A stretch of DNA of 64,000 bases from Coraliomargaritaceae bacterium (GTDB lineage Bacteria; Verrucomicrobiota; Verrucomicrobiia; Opitutales; Coraliomargaritaceae): positions 9,049 through 73,048 of the forward strand of contig CBFHXZ010000001.1 of NCBI GenBank assembly GCA_965659965.1. Direction: 5' to 3'. The notes under the pieces were generated by a model. It was given only the letters and a program-made list of their open reading frames with translations, ran no database searches and had not been told where the DNA came from. The stretch's first letter is position 1, and each line of letters opens with the position of its first letter. Position numbers and translations under genes: made by a program. Below, piece by piece: positions 33,560 to 43,051 of this stretch.

Positions 33560-35020
33560 TTAAGTTGCTTCAACCGCTCCGTAAGTCAACCTAAGAGCCC
33601 GTTTCGCATCTGGTCCTAAGCGGCAAGCCTCCGAGACCGGTAATCCGGGAACCCAAATAATCCGAGTTCCCATACAAGAGACCACGGGGAGCAACTTCCG
33701 TTCCCTTTCACCCAAACCGCGATCCAGTAAACAATCTTTTAACTTGCGGCTTCCCGGCGCTCCCAGCGCTGCATAACGATCCCCCGACGCCGGCGCGCGC
33801 ACCTCCAAAATTTCGACTCCCTCTGGCAAAACCGCAAAACATTCCTCCGCCGGATTCACTTCGCCATCGGCAAGCCGCGCCAAAAGCGCCCCGTCCACCG
33901 GCACCCATTCGCTTTCCAAAACCGCCCCCGTGCTCAGCCGTAGCAACTCACCCGCCCGAAGTTCACCATCCTCAAGAACCGCTACCGGAGCACCAGCCCT
34001 CTCACACCAAATACGCTCGGCATCAAACACCACAAACTGCGTCCCAGCACTTTGGCGTCCCTTCATTTCCCTTCCACGCAGGGCCTCCAACAAACTGTCT
34101 AAACCCGATGCGCTCAGCGAAGCCAAGACCCCGCACCCCTGCAGCCAAGCCGTCAAGGCCCGCCGACCCAATGCCTCAGGCATGGAACGCAAGCACTCGC
34201 GCGTCAAAGATGCCACCCCCTCGTAGGCCTCAGGCAGAGCTGTCCGCGCCAAGGACTCCAAGGCTACCGCATCCGCCTGCAGTAAACGACGCGTCCGCGC
34301 TGCCCCCGCCGATGCGTCCCGTCCAAGCATCCCCTCCAATTCGGGAATGAACTTTCCCCTCAAGGCATTCCGCGCGATCCCCAAATCCGCATTCGAGGCG
34401 TCCTCGCGCCAGGGAATCCCCGCGCCCTCCAAATGCCCGCGTAGCACCGCCGCACTCATGTCCAGCAAGGGACGCAAATGAACGGGTTCATCCCCCTCAA
34501 AAACATGCACCGGGCGGGGTGCCGCCAAACCATCTATCCCCGCGCCACGTGCCAAACGTTGCAACTGCGTCTCCAAAATATCATCCCGTTGATGCCCGAA
34601 ACAAATCGCACCACATCCGCTCTCCGCTGCCGCGCGGCGTAAAAATTCCAAGCGCAAGGCCCGCGCCTTGGTCTCCGTAAAACCATCCGCCTCACTCGGG
34701 CGCACCGCCGTCAAAAATTCACAGCCCAAGCCACGCGCCATCGCCCCCACAAATTCCGCGTCGGCATCGGAGGCCGCCCCGCGCCAAGCGTGGTTATAAT
34801 GCCCCACCACCACTTCCAAACCCAGTTCCGCACGCAAAGCCCATAATTGACACAACAAAAATACCGAATCCGCACCCCCAGAGCACGCCACCATGACCCG
34901 CTTGATTCCCGATTCCACCAACCATGCCCGCACCTCAGCCGCCCATGAGTCCACACCCGCTCCCGCAGCCAGTGACTGCGCCAACGCTTCCCAATCAATT
35001 TCTTTTTCCGGAATCGACAT
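33560..35020 (-). CDS. tilS: tRNA(Ile)-lysidine synthase
   Basis: PP-loop VACSGGADSVFLL. Immediately upstream of ftsH, a conserved pairing. Confidence 0.8.
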   Translation of the reverse strand: MSIPEKEIDWEALAQSLAAGAGVDSWAAEVRAWLVESGIKRVMVACSGGADSVFLLCQLWALRAELGLEVVVGHYNHAWRGAASDADAEFVGAMARGLGCEFLTAVRPSEADGFTETKARALRLEFLRRAAAESGCGAICFGHQRDDILETQLQRLARGAGIDGLAAPRPVHVFEGDEPVHLRPLLDMSAAVLRGHLEGAGIPWREDASNADLGIARNALRGKFIPELEGMLGRDASAGAARTRRLLQADAVALESLARTALPEAYEGVASLTRECLRSMPEALGRRALTAWLQGCGVLASLSASGLDSLLEALRGREMKGRQSAGTQFVVFDAERIWCERAGAPVAVLEDGELRAGELLRLSTGAVLESEWVPVDGALLARLADGEVNPAEECFAVLPEGVEILEVRAPASGDRYAALGAPGSRKLKDCLLDRGLGERERKLLPVVSCMGTRIIWVPGLPVSEACRLGPDAKRALRLTYGAVEAT

Positions 35021-35089
35021 CCTCTACTTTCATCTTGAACGTCTTTGAACATGACAACCCAACGCAAGAGAACCAGTTTATTTTAGATC

Positions 35090-36178
35090 ATGGACGCCAC
35101 CCGCTTCGACTATCACCTTCCCAACGACCGCATCGCCCAGGAACCCGCACCCCGCCGCGATGCCGCCCGCCTCATGGTTATCGACCGCGCCACCCGTCGC
35201 GTGACCCATACCACCTTTGACCACATCGGCGATCACCTCCCCGAAAACGCCCGCTGCTTCCGCAACAACGCCGCCGTCCTGAAAGCACGTCTCTACGGTC
35301 AACGCCCCACCGGAGGAAAAGTCGAATGCCTTCTCCTTCACCCCGCCGAAGATCCCCAAACTTGGTGGTGCCTCCTCAAGCCCGGCAAAAAAACCTTCGC
35401 CGCCGGTCACTTTGAACACGCCTGGCAATTCTCCGCCCAAGTCCTTGAAGCCGGACAAAACGGCAACTACCGCGTCCGCTTTCAAACCGCCAACGGGGAA
35501 GCCGTTACCGAACTCGCCGAGCGCATCGGCAGCATGCCCCTTCCGCCCTATATCGAACGCAGTCCCAACGACCCCCGCCAAGCCAGCGACAACGACCGCT
35601 ACCAAACCGTTTACGCGGACTATTCCAAACAACAAGCCGTCGCCGCCCCCACTGCCGGGCTACACTTTACCCCCGAACTCATCCAACAACTCGAGCAAAG
35701 CGGCACCACCTTCCACGACCTCACCCTGCAAGTCGGCATCGGTACCTTCCACCCCATCCAAGTCGACAATATCCGCGAACACCCTATCCATCACGAGTGG
35801 TATACCATCCCGCCGGAAAGCCTAACCGCACTTGAAAACCCTGCCGCAGGCCCGCGCGTCGCTGTCGGCACCACCAGTGTCCGCTCCATGGAGGACGCCC
35901 TCCAACGCCTGCAAGAAAATCCCAACACCCCACGCCTCCAGGACGGTTCCTTTCAAGCGGAAGCCGATATTTTCATCTACCCGCCCGCCACCTTCCGTGG
36001 CGTCGACCACCTAATCACTAATTTTCACCTCCCCAAATCTACTCTCCTCTGCCTCGTCTCCGCATTCCTTACCCCCGGTTCAAGCGACGGTATCGATTGG
36101 CTCCACCAGCTCTATCAAGAAGCCATAGGCGAACAATACCGCTTTTACAGCTACGGTGACGCCATGCTTGTCCTCTAA
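35090..36178 (+). CDS. queA: S-adenosylmethionine:tRNA ribosyltransferase-isomerase
   Basis: FDYHLPNDRIAQEPA, PLPPYI, YQTVYA, AAPTAGLHFT, GTTSVRS, SYGDAML. Confidence 0.9.
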   Translation: MDATRFDYHLPNDRIAQEPAPRRDAARLMVIDRATRRVTHTTFDHIGDHLPENARCFRNNAAVLKARLYGQRPTGGKVECLLLHPAEDPQTWWCLLKPGKKTFAAGHFEHAWQFSAQVLEAGQNGNYRVRFQTANGEAVTELAERIGSMPLPPYIERSPNDPRQASDNDRYQTVYADYSKQQAVAAPTAGLHFTPELIQQLEQSGTTFHDLTLQVGIGTFHPIQVDNIREHPIHHEWYTIPPESLTALENPAAGPRVAVGTTSVRSMEDALQRLQENPNTPRLQDGSFQAEADIFIYPPATFRGVDHLITNFHLPKSTLLCLVSAFLTPGSSDGIDWLHQLYQEAIGEQYRFYSYGDAMLVL

Positions 36179-36357
36179 AACCTGCCCTAAATAGAAAACC
36201 ATAGCTTTTATTTTTAAAATAGACCTTAATATACCCATAAATAATTAGCTATTCTTTAATAAAAATCTTTATTTTACCAAAATATAGTGTTTAATGCGTA
36301 ATTAGAGAAATTTTCCTGTCGGAATCTTCACCGATAGGGAAACCTAGGTTCAGTTAA

Positions 36358-36389
36358 CGGGTCGTGCCATGGGGCGCGGCCCGTTTTTG
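36358..36389 (+). terminator. Rho-independent terminator, plus-strand specific
   Basis: CGGGTCGTGCC-atgg-GGCGCGGCCCG followed by TTTTTG. The two G-U pairs become C-A mismatches on the other strand, so it is oriented for plus-strand transcripts. It lies 180 nt after the queA stop. Confidence 0.5.
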
Positions 36390-36407
36390 TGCCCAGCACT
36401 CCAGAAA

Positions 36408-36887
36408 TTAGTTCGAGACTGCCGTCACGATCACAGTAGCGTGAATGCCCTCCCCGCGTCCCATACCGGTCAAGCCCTCGCCCGTGGTCGCGGTGATGCA
36501 CACATCCGCCACCGCAAGACCCAGCAAACCCGCGATGTTTTCACGCAGTGCCGGCACCTTCGCATCGATTTTCGGGCGCAAACATTCCAGCGCAATCGAG
36601 ACATGCGTCAGTCGCCACGTGCCCAGACTTTCCAATACCAGTTTCAAATATTCCACGCTGTCCGTCACCCCCTGCTTGCACAGCGCATCCGCTACCGTAC
36701 CGATGACCGTAACTCCCGTCACCCCGCTCACCGCATCTGTCAAAGCGTGCAGGATCACATCCGCATCACTATTCCCCGCCAGCGCGGGCGCATCGTCAAA
36801 AGCCAAACCACCCAACATTAAAACCCGCTCCGTTTCGCCCTCTGCGAAACGATGACTGTCAATCCCAAGCCCGGTTTTTATCTTCAC
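36408..36887 (-). CDS. ispF: 2-C-methyl-D-erythritol 2,4-cyclodiphosphate synthase
   Basis: GLGIDSHRF and NSDADVILHAL motifs. 159 aa. Confidence 0.9.
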   Translation of the reverse strand: MKIKTGLGIDSHRFAEGETERVLMLGGLAFDDAPALAGNSDADVILHALTDAVSGVTGVTVIGTVADALCKQGVTDSVEYLKLVLESLGTWRLTHVSIALECLRPKIDAKVPALRENIAGLLGLAVADVCITATTGEGLTGMGRGEGIHATVIVTAVSN

Positions 36888-36890
36888 ATC

Positions 36891-37295
36891 CTAAAGTTCA
36901 GGGAAAAAACGCTTTTTTTCAAGCGCCGCGCTCTCCAGACCATCCGAAGCATGCACCACATTCCGCATCATATCCGTTCCCAGATCCCCGCGAATCGTGC
37001 CCGCCGGAGCCTCGTTTGAATTCGTCGGACCCAATAATTCCCGAACCGCCGCGATGACATTTTCACCTCGGAGGAGCATCGGCATCACCGGACGACTGCT
37101 CATAAAAGCTTCAATGTCCGGAAAAAACGGCAAATCCGCCACATGCGCGTAATGCTCACGCAGGATGGCCCCATCCAGTTGAATCACCTTTGAAGCAACG
37201 ATTTCAAAACCCGCTTTCTCGAAGCGACCAATCACTTCGCCCACCAAACCTTTTTCCATGCAGTCGGGCTTAAGAATAATAAGTGTTTCTTCCAT
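36891..37295 (-). CDS. ndk: nucleoside-diphosphate kinase
   Basis: TLIILKPD, the active-site context NVVHASD, and GTIRGD. Confidence 0.9.
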   Translation of the reverse strand: MEETLIILKPDCMEKGLVGEVIGRFEKAGFEIVASKVIQLDGAILREHYAHVADLPFFPDIEAFMSSRPVMPMLLRGENVIAAVRELLGPTNSNEAPAGTIRGDLGTDMMRNVVHASDGLESAALEKKRFFPEL

Positions 37296-37419
37296 AAGTG
37301 TTTAAATTGATTTCGCGCGAATCTGCCCATACCCCGCATAAAGACAAGCCTAAAGCTCGAAAGCAAAGCCCGCCTTCAATCGCCACTTCCAGACCAGCGA
37401 CCCGCCAGCCACGAATCCG

Positions 37420-37941
37420 CTAGTACGTCTTCAAGGCATCCGCTTCGGCCTGCGCTTCACGCGCCCGGGCTTCCGCTTCCTCAATCCGGCGCTGACGCTC
37501 AATCGCCTCTGCCCGTTCCTTTTGCTTACGACGCAACTCATTCTCCGCCGCGATTGCCCGTTGTTCCGCTTCCAAAACTTCCTGATCCGTCACATTAAAA
37601 CCCCGCGCAATATCACGCTCCGTCTCCGCTTTACGGATTTCCGCCTCCTGAGCCCGGCGTTCCGCCCGGATGCGCGCCTGTTCCGCCCGCGCTTCCGCCT
37701 CACGCTTGTCCTGAGAATTGCCCACCATGCCGCCTAAAACCGCACCCGTAGCCGCGCCAACCGCCGCACCCTCACCGGCATTGCCCGACTGATGCCCAAT
37801 GACCGCACCCGCGATACCACCCAGCACCGCACCCGCGGCCGCCTTCTCACCCGTGTTCGGACCAGTGCTCTCGCAACCCGTGAAACTCAAAACCAAAAGC
37901 AGCGAAAGCGGCAACGACAGAACAGAGGATAATTTTTTCAT
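37420..37941 (-). CDS. lipoprotein with glycine-zipper and charged coiled-coil regions
   Basis: Signal peptide ending LSFTGC (lipobox-like), a Gly-zipper (GAVLGGIAGAVIGHQSG..GAATGAVLGGMVG), then an E/R/A-rich helix. Confidence 0.6.
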   Translation of the reverse strand: MKKLSSVLSLPLSLLLVLSFTGCESTGPNTGEKAAAGAVLGGIAGAVIGHQSGNAGEGAAVGAATGAVLGGMVGNSQDKREAEARAEQARIRAERRAQEAEIRKAETERDIARGFNVTDQEVLEAEQRAIAAENELRRKQKERAEAIERQRRIEEAEARAREAQAEADALKTY

Positions 37942-38032
37942 AGTGATGGATCGTATATATTTATACTAAAGTTACTAAATATACGTCAAAAATCCACCCC
38001 GAAAGTTCCCCGAAAGAAATGCCGGGAGAACC

Positions 38033-38215
38033 TTACTCCTCAGTCGGAACCGCGGGCTCCACAAGCGATCTGCTCTCAAAGAATTCTTGAACACACTCAT
38101 TAATACCTTCTTCAACAAAATAACTGGCAGGGTATAATTCCTGAGCTTGCAGGTATGCGATCAGGGCTTTGCTAAAATAATCATCATCACGTGCCTTCTC
38201 CGCTTCGCTCCACAA
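38033..38215 (-). CDS. small hypothetical protein (doubtful)
   Basis: 60-aa ORF with no recognisable motif. Its first codons are built from the local CTCCGCTTCGCTCC repeat. Confidence 0.2.
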   Translation of the reverse strand: MWSEAEKARDDDYFSKALIAYLQAQELYPASYFVEEGINECVQEFFESRSLVEPAVPTEE

Positions 38216-38278
38216 ACCCTCTCCTCGGGTTCTCCATCTCCTCTCTCTTGCCGCCCCTTCGGCGACTTCGTCTTAAAA

Positions 38279-38298
38279 TGGCGGAGAGAGAGGGATTC
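38279..38298 (-). repeat. duplicated 3' end of tRNA-Ser (20 nt, includes CCA)
   Basis: tggcggagagagagggattc is identical to 38372..38391, the 3' end of the intact tRNA. It lies 73 nt downstream of that tRNA. Confidence 0.7.
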
Positions 38299-38303
38299 CT
38301 TCG

Positions 38304-38328
38304 CCATCTCCGCTTCGCTCCGTCGAAC
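38304..38328. repeat. 25-nt direct repeat CCATCTCCGCTTCGCTCCGTCGAAC (copy 1)
   Basis: Identical to 38587..38611. A 15-nt core, tctccgcttcgctcc, also occurs at 38197..38211. Confidence 0.75.
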
Positions 38329-38371
38329 AAGTTCTCATCCCTTGTTGAATACCAAGCATTTGCTTCGCAAA

Positions 38372-38461
<90 letters not shown>

Positions 38462-38586
38462 TTTGGCGAAGGTTTAGAAACATACTTCGCGGTTGCGGGG
38501 GTCAATCATAAAGCATTCCACGATTCGGCTCTATTCGGTCGGGATTGGTGGCTGCGCCATCGCTCCGCGATCATCCTGCGGATGCC

Positions 38587-38605
38587 CCATCTCCGCTTCG
38601 CTCCG

Positions 38606-38611
<6 letters not shown>
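38587..38611. repeat. 25-nt direct repeat CCATCTCCGCTTCGCTCCGTCGAAC (copy 2)
   Basis: Identical to 38304..38328. Here it replaces the 3' end of the truncated tRNA copy. Confidence 0.75.
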
Positions 38612-38679
<68 letters not shown>

Positions 38680-38757
38680 TGCCGAAGGGTTTGAACTATA
38701 CCGAGCCGATCATCAGTTAAATAATAAAGCGTCGGGAAGCGAGGGGCAGGAACATGT

Positions 38758-40062
38758 CTATTCGGTGGCGGTATCGTCGACGAGGCGTACGCAGAGGGCG
38801 GCGAGCAGCATGGAGGCGCCGCCGAGGAGGACGGCGTTCATGGTGTTGTTGCCGAGGAGGCTGGACATAATTTTACCGAGGCCAAGGGAGGCGCCAATCT
38901 GAGGAAGGACGATAAAGAAGTTAAAGACGCCCATATAGAAACCCATGCGGTTGCCGGGTATGGCGTTGGAGAGAATGGCATAGGGCATGGAAAGGATGCT
39001 GGCCCAGGCAATACCGACGGCGAGCATGGAGAGGAGCAGGAGGTTGGGGCTGCCAACAAAGTTGACAGAAAGGAGCCCGAGTCCACCGATGGTGAGGCAA
39101 ATAGTGTGAATGGCTTTGGCGCTGTATTTGCGGACAAGGAGAAGGAGGAGGAAAGCAAAGACAAAGGCAACGCCGTTGTAGGCGGAGAAACAAACCCCGC
39201 CCCACTCGGCTCCGGCCTGATATTCGGGACTGCCCTGTGCGCCGCCAAAGACGTGGGTGGCGACGGCGGGGATGAAATAAATCCACATACAGAAGAGGCC
39301 GAACCAGGTGAAGAATTGGACCACCGCAAGTTGTTTCATGGTGCGGGGCATGGAGGCGATACCGGCAAAGATTTCGCGGAAGGCGTTGGAAACGCCGGCA
39401 GTTTTTTTGTTTTCCTCACGGAAGGCTTCGAGGTCTTCCGGCGGGTATTCACGGGTAGTGAGGACGGTATAGAGGACGGCGATAAAGAAGACAAAGGAAC
39501 CGATATAAAAGGCGAGGTGAACGGATTGGGGGATGGCGTTTCCGCCGGTGGTTTCGTTGGAGACGTTGAACCAATTGGAGAGGACCCATGGGAGCGCGGA
39601 GGAAAGAACGGCTCCGAGACCGATAAGAACACTCTGCATGGCAAAGCCGCTTTTGCGTTGTTCGCGGTTGAGTTTATCGCCGACGAAGGCGCGGAAAGGT
39701 TCCATACTGATGTTGACGGAGGCGTCGAGAATCCAAAGCAAGCCGGCAGCCATCCAGAGGGAACTGGAATTGGGCATGGCGATCAGGGCTAGGCTGGCAA
39801 GGATGGCACCGATTAGGAAATAGGGACGGCGGCGCCCAAGGAAGCACCAGGTACGGTCACTGTAGTAACCGACGAGGGGTTGAACGATGAGCCCGGTGAG
39901 GGGTGCGGCGAGCCAGAGGAAGGGAATGGCGCTTTCCTCAGCACCGAGGTATTGGTAGATGGCACTCATGTTCGCCATCTGTAAACCCCAGCCAAATTGG
40001 ATGCCGAAGAATCCGAAACTCATGTTCCAGATTTGCCAGAAGGAAAGATTGGGTTTGTTCAT
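38758..40062 (-). CDS. MFS sugar:H+ symporter, GPH/SUT/SLC45-like (probable maltose/maltodextrin carrier)
   Basis: 12-TM protein with YYSDRTWCFLGRRRPYFL (the SUT/SLC45-type RxGRR motif). Last gene after malQ. Confidence 0.75.
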   Translation of the reverse strand: MNKPNLSFWQIWNMSFGFFGIQFGWGLQMANMSAIYQYLGAEESAIPFLWLAAPLTGLIVQPLVGYYSDRTWCFLGRRRPYFLIGAILASLALIAMPNSSSLWMAAGLLWILDASVNISMEPFRAFVGDKLNREQRKSGFAMQSVLIGLGAVLSSALPWVLSNWFNVSNETTGGNAIPQSVHLAFYIGSFVFFIAVLYTVLTTREYPPEDLEAFREENKKTAGVSNAFREIFAGIASMPRTMKQLAVVQFFTWFGLFCMWIYFIPAVATHVFGGAQGSPEYQAGAEWGGVCFSAYNGVAFVFAFLLLLLVRKYSAKAIHTICLTIGGLGLLSVNFVGSPNLLLLSMLAVGIAWASILSMPYAILSNAIPGNRMGFYMGVFNFFIVLPQIGASLGLGKIMSSLLGNNTMNAVLLGGASMLLAALCVRLVDDTATE

Positions 40063-40081
40063 TTTTATATGGGAGTTGAGG

Positions 40082-41659
40082 TTATTTTAAATGAGCAAGG
40101 GTAGGATGCGCGGCGAGTCCGCGGTCGCTATTGGTGGTGATGGTTGCAAGCTGCTGCATAGCCGGGGCAAGGCCGTCGGTACTGGACAAGCGCCAAACCC
40201 AACTACCAGAGGCTTGCCCGGGAATATTCATGCGGGCCTCGGAACCAAGGCCGAGTAGATCCTGCAGAGGGATAAGGGCGGCGGCAGCATGGGAAGCACA
40301 TAGGCTGCGAATAAAGTCGAGGTGGATTTGAGAGCCATCGGTTCCAAAATACGCGCAGGCAGCGGCTTTTTCACGGTCAATCGCTTCCTGATTGCGGGTA
40401 CTGTTGGTTCCGGCGGCGCTATTGAACCAACCGACCGTGGTATCGTTGTCGTGCGTGCCCGTATAAGCTACGCAAGAGGAATCGTAGGCATCGGGAATGA
40501 AGCTCGATTTCATTTCGTCGGTACCAAAGGCAAATTGCAGGATGCGGATTCCAGGTAATTTGTAGCGGTCGCGGAGGGCAATGACGGCATCGGTAATCAC
40601 GCCCAAATCCTCGGCGATAAGGGGAAGCGGCTTGCCAAAAGCAGCTACCATATCTGCGAGTATTTCATCTCCACAGGAGGGAACCCATGCACCGTCCGTA
40701 GCAGTCGAAGCCCCAGCAGGCACTTCCCAGCATGCGTCAAAACCGCGGAAATGGTCGATTCGCACGATGTCTAGCCAATCAAGGGTTTGCTGCACGCGAC
40801 TGCGCCACCAATGAAAATGCTCGGCGCGGTGAGCGTCCCAGTCGTAGATGGGGTTACCCCAGAGTTGTCCGGTGGCGGAAAAGTAATCGGGCGGTACGCC
40901 GGCAACGACGCGCGGGCGCCCGTCGGGCTTGAGTTTGAACAATTCCGGCCGGCACCAAACATCCACGCTGTCATGCGCTACGAAGATAGGAAGATCGCCA
41001 ACGATGCGGATTCCCAGCTCCTTGGCGCAATGGCGCACCTCCGACCATTGTTGATGGAGGATGAATTGCTCGAAGAAGACGCGTTGGATGTCCTCTTGTA
41101 ATGCATGGCTGACTCTATCGAGGGCACCGCGGTCGCGGTCTCGGAATTCGGCAGGCCATTCTGTCCATGCGATGCCTCCATGCTTTTCCTTGAGGGCGTA
41201 AAAAAGGGCGTAGTCGGGCAACCATGATTTGGCATTCTCGAAAAAACGGGCATAGCTTTTTCGCAGGGGACTGGCGGCATTGGTCTGGAAAAAGCGCTTG
41301 GCGGCGAGCTCGGCCATTTGCTTTTTATTTTGGTAAACCCGGGCGTAATCAATGCGGTCCCCCATGGGTAATTTCAAACGCTCTAATTCCTGCGCGGTGA
41401 TGAGTTCCCGCTGGCACAGGTCTTCGGGGCTGATAAAAATGGGATTGGCGGCAAAGGCAGAAAGTCCCTGATAGGGCGAGTCCCCGTAACCAGCGGGATT
41501 AAGGGGAAGGATTTGCCACAGGCTTTGTTGTGCCGCCGCGAGGGTTTTAAGCCAATCAAGCGCTCCAGGTCCGAAGTCGCCTACCCCGTAGTCACCTGGC
41601 AAAGAACTGGGGTGAAGCAGGATGCCACTGTCGCGGTTGAATAGAGGTGAGGCGTTCAT
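40082..41659 (-). CDS. malQ: 4-alpha-glucanotransferase (amylomaltase, GH77)
   Basis: 525 aa. SGILLHPSSLPGDYGVGDFG, SPYQGLSAFAANP, DLPIFVAHDSVDVW, GVPPDYFSATGQLWGNPIY, IVRIDHFRGF, IAEDLG, YTGTHDNDT. Confidence 0.9.
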   Translation of the reverse strand: MNASPLFNRDSGILLHPSSLPGDYGVGDFGPGALDWLKTLAAAQQSLWQILPLNPAGYGDSPYQGLSAFAANPIFISPEDLCQRELITAQELERLKLPMGDRIDYARVYQNKKQMAELAAKRFFQTNAASPLRKSYARFFENAKSWLPDYALFYALKEKHGGIAWTEWPAEFRDRDRGALDRVSHALQEDIQRVFFEQFILHQQWSEVRHCAKELGIRIVGDLPIFVAHDSVDVWCRPELFKLKPDGRPRVVAGVPPDYFSATGQLWGNPIYDWDAHRAEHFHWWRSRVQQTLDWLDIVRIDHFRGFDACWEVPAGASTATDGAWVPSCGDEILADMVAAFGKPLPLIAEDLGVITDAVIALRDRYKLPGIRILQFAFGTDEMKSSFIPDAYDSSCVAYTGTHDNDTTVGWFNSAAGTNSTRNQEAIDREKAAACAYFGTDGSQIHLDFIRSLCASHAAAALIPLQDLLGLGSEARMNIPGQASGSWVWRLSSTDGLAPAMQQLATITTNSDRGLAAHPTLAHLK

Positions 41660-41672
41660 GATTACAAATGCT

Positions 41673-42515
41673 CTAATCCGTACGGGTCACTTGCAGTGCA
41701 CCAAAGTAAGCGTTGTTGGCGCCGCCGTTGAGATTAAAGAAGGCGAGGCCGCGAACCTCGCGTTTCACTTCAGAATCGGCATTTTGCTTCTGCTGTGGCA
41801 ACTGTAGGGGACGGTTTTTGAAATGATGTACGACCTGATCGCTGAGGGTCATGATCTGCAAATCATAATGGTTGTCCTCGCGGATTGTGATCCCCAGTTC
41901 GGCTCCACGGGGGTCTATAAAGACACGGGTATTGAAACGATTGCCGCCATCAAAAAGCTGGTAAGTGCTGAGCCCTTCCAGAATCGCAAGGACAAAAAGA
42001 CGCCCCTCGGCAATGGCATCGAGTGAGTTGGCGGTGGCATCGTTGCGCAGGGCAATCCCGACGCTGGAGATTTCCTCGGCATCGCGTTCAAACTTGGTGG
42101 TAAAGCCTTCGAACTTAAAGCGCAGGGAAAAATGGTCACCCGGTGCGAGGCTGCGATCAAAGGCGCGAAAAGCGACGGTCTCTTCAAATTGAGTCCCGTT
42201 GGCAAAGATCCCAAAGGCCTTGCCGTAGCTGCCAAAATCCGCGAGTTCGGTTTCGCTTGCAGCATCTGCAATGAAAAAGCCTGCGTATTGTTCCTCGTCC
42301 TCGCTTGCGTACTCGGGCGCGAGGAGTTGCCAAACTCCGAAGCCGCGACCGCTTTGTTCACCGGATTGCCAACCATCGCTGTAAGCGTCGAAATAAGCTT
42401 CGTCCTCTCCTGCGATATAGGTCTGAGCATAGACGGTTGTAAAAGCGCACAAGGCCAGAACGGTGGCGCGAAACAAACCCGATCGATAAATGAAAGAAAT
42501 TGGTAGGTGGGACAT
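41673..42515 (-). CDS. secreted hypothetical protein, GFGxW family (paralog of the PEP-CTERM protein at 56161..56979, without the anchor)
   Basis: Signal peptide. Shares AY..W..G...G.GFG.W.L....YAG.FI.D....FG..AN and a C-terminal N..YF..L.VT pattern with 56161..56979. Start chosen at the ATG at 42515; an ATG at 42572 is also possible. Confidence 0.55.
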   Translation of the reverse strand: MSHLPISFIYRSGLFRATVLALCAFTTVYAQTYIAGEDEAYFDAYSDGWQSGEQSGRGFGVWQLLAPEYASEDEEQYAGFFIADAASETELADFGSYGKAFGIFANGTQFEETVAFRAFDRSLAPGDHFSLRFKFEGFTTKFERDAEEISSVGIALRNDATANSLDAIAEGRLFVLAILEGLSTYQLFDGGNRFNTRVFIDPRGAELGITIREDNHYDLQIMTLSDQVVHHFKNRPLQLPQQKQNADSEVKREVRGLAFFNLNGGANNAYFGALQVTRTD

Positions 42516-42577
42516 TATTTCTGTAAAGGTGAAGGGTATAAAATTAAGGACTTCGCCCGCACTGCAGGACATGCTGA

Positions 42578-42589
42578 ACCGTTGAACAA
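42578..42589 (-). promoter_or_regulatory. TTRTTCAACKRT motif (TTGTTCAACGGT), candidate operator or internal-promoter element
   Basis: Lies in the 99-nt gap inside the glucan cluster, 63 nt upstream of the 42515 start. 42578..42595 is 16/18 identical to 53266..53283. Confidence 0.4.
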
Positions 42590-42614
42590 ATTTAGAATAT
42601 TAGAATTATGGCAA

Positions 42615-43046
42615 TCAGCCCTCACCGAAAGAAATGGAACGGATTCCGACGGCTTTAAGAACATTGAGGACGTTGACCACGCTTTGCTGGTAGGTTTCGG
42701 GGTCGGGTTGGATGATGACAATGGTTTTGAGTCCGGCGCGGTCGGAGGAAAGCTTGAGGCCTTGTAGGGTTCGCCTGAGATTGGGCAGGTCGGGGTTGCC
42801 GGGATTGTCGGAGGGCATGCCGTTGAGCAAGGTTGTTCCGTCGACAAGAATATCAATGTAATGCTGCTCAGGAAGCGGAGTATCGGGGGGCGCGGCCATG
42901 CTGGAGGGCAAGGTCACTCCGAGGTCGGCCTCCTCTTTGATTATAGAAGTGGTAACCATGAAATAAACCAACAGGAGGAAGACGATGTCGATCATAGGGG
43001 TGAGATCGACCCGGTCTTCAGAGATTTGGATGCGGCGCGCTTTCAT
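42615..43046 (-). CDS. exbD: biopolymer transport protein ExbD/TolR
   Basis: 143 aa. DLTPMIDIVFLLLVYFM TM helix and an ExbD periplasmic domain. Confidence 0.85.
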   Translation of the reverse strand: MKARRIQISEDRVDLTPMIDIVFLLLVYFMVTTSIIKEEADLGVTLPSSMAAPPDTPLPEQHYIDILVDGTTLLNGMPSDNPGNPDLPNLRRTLQGLKLSSDRAGLKTIVIIQPDPETYQQSVVNVLNVLKAVGIRSISFGEG

Positions 43047-43051
43047 GGTTC

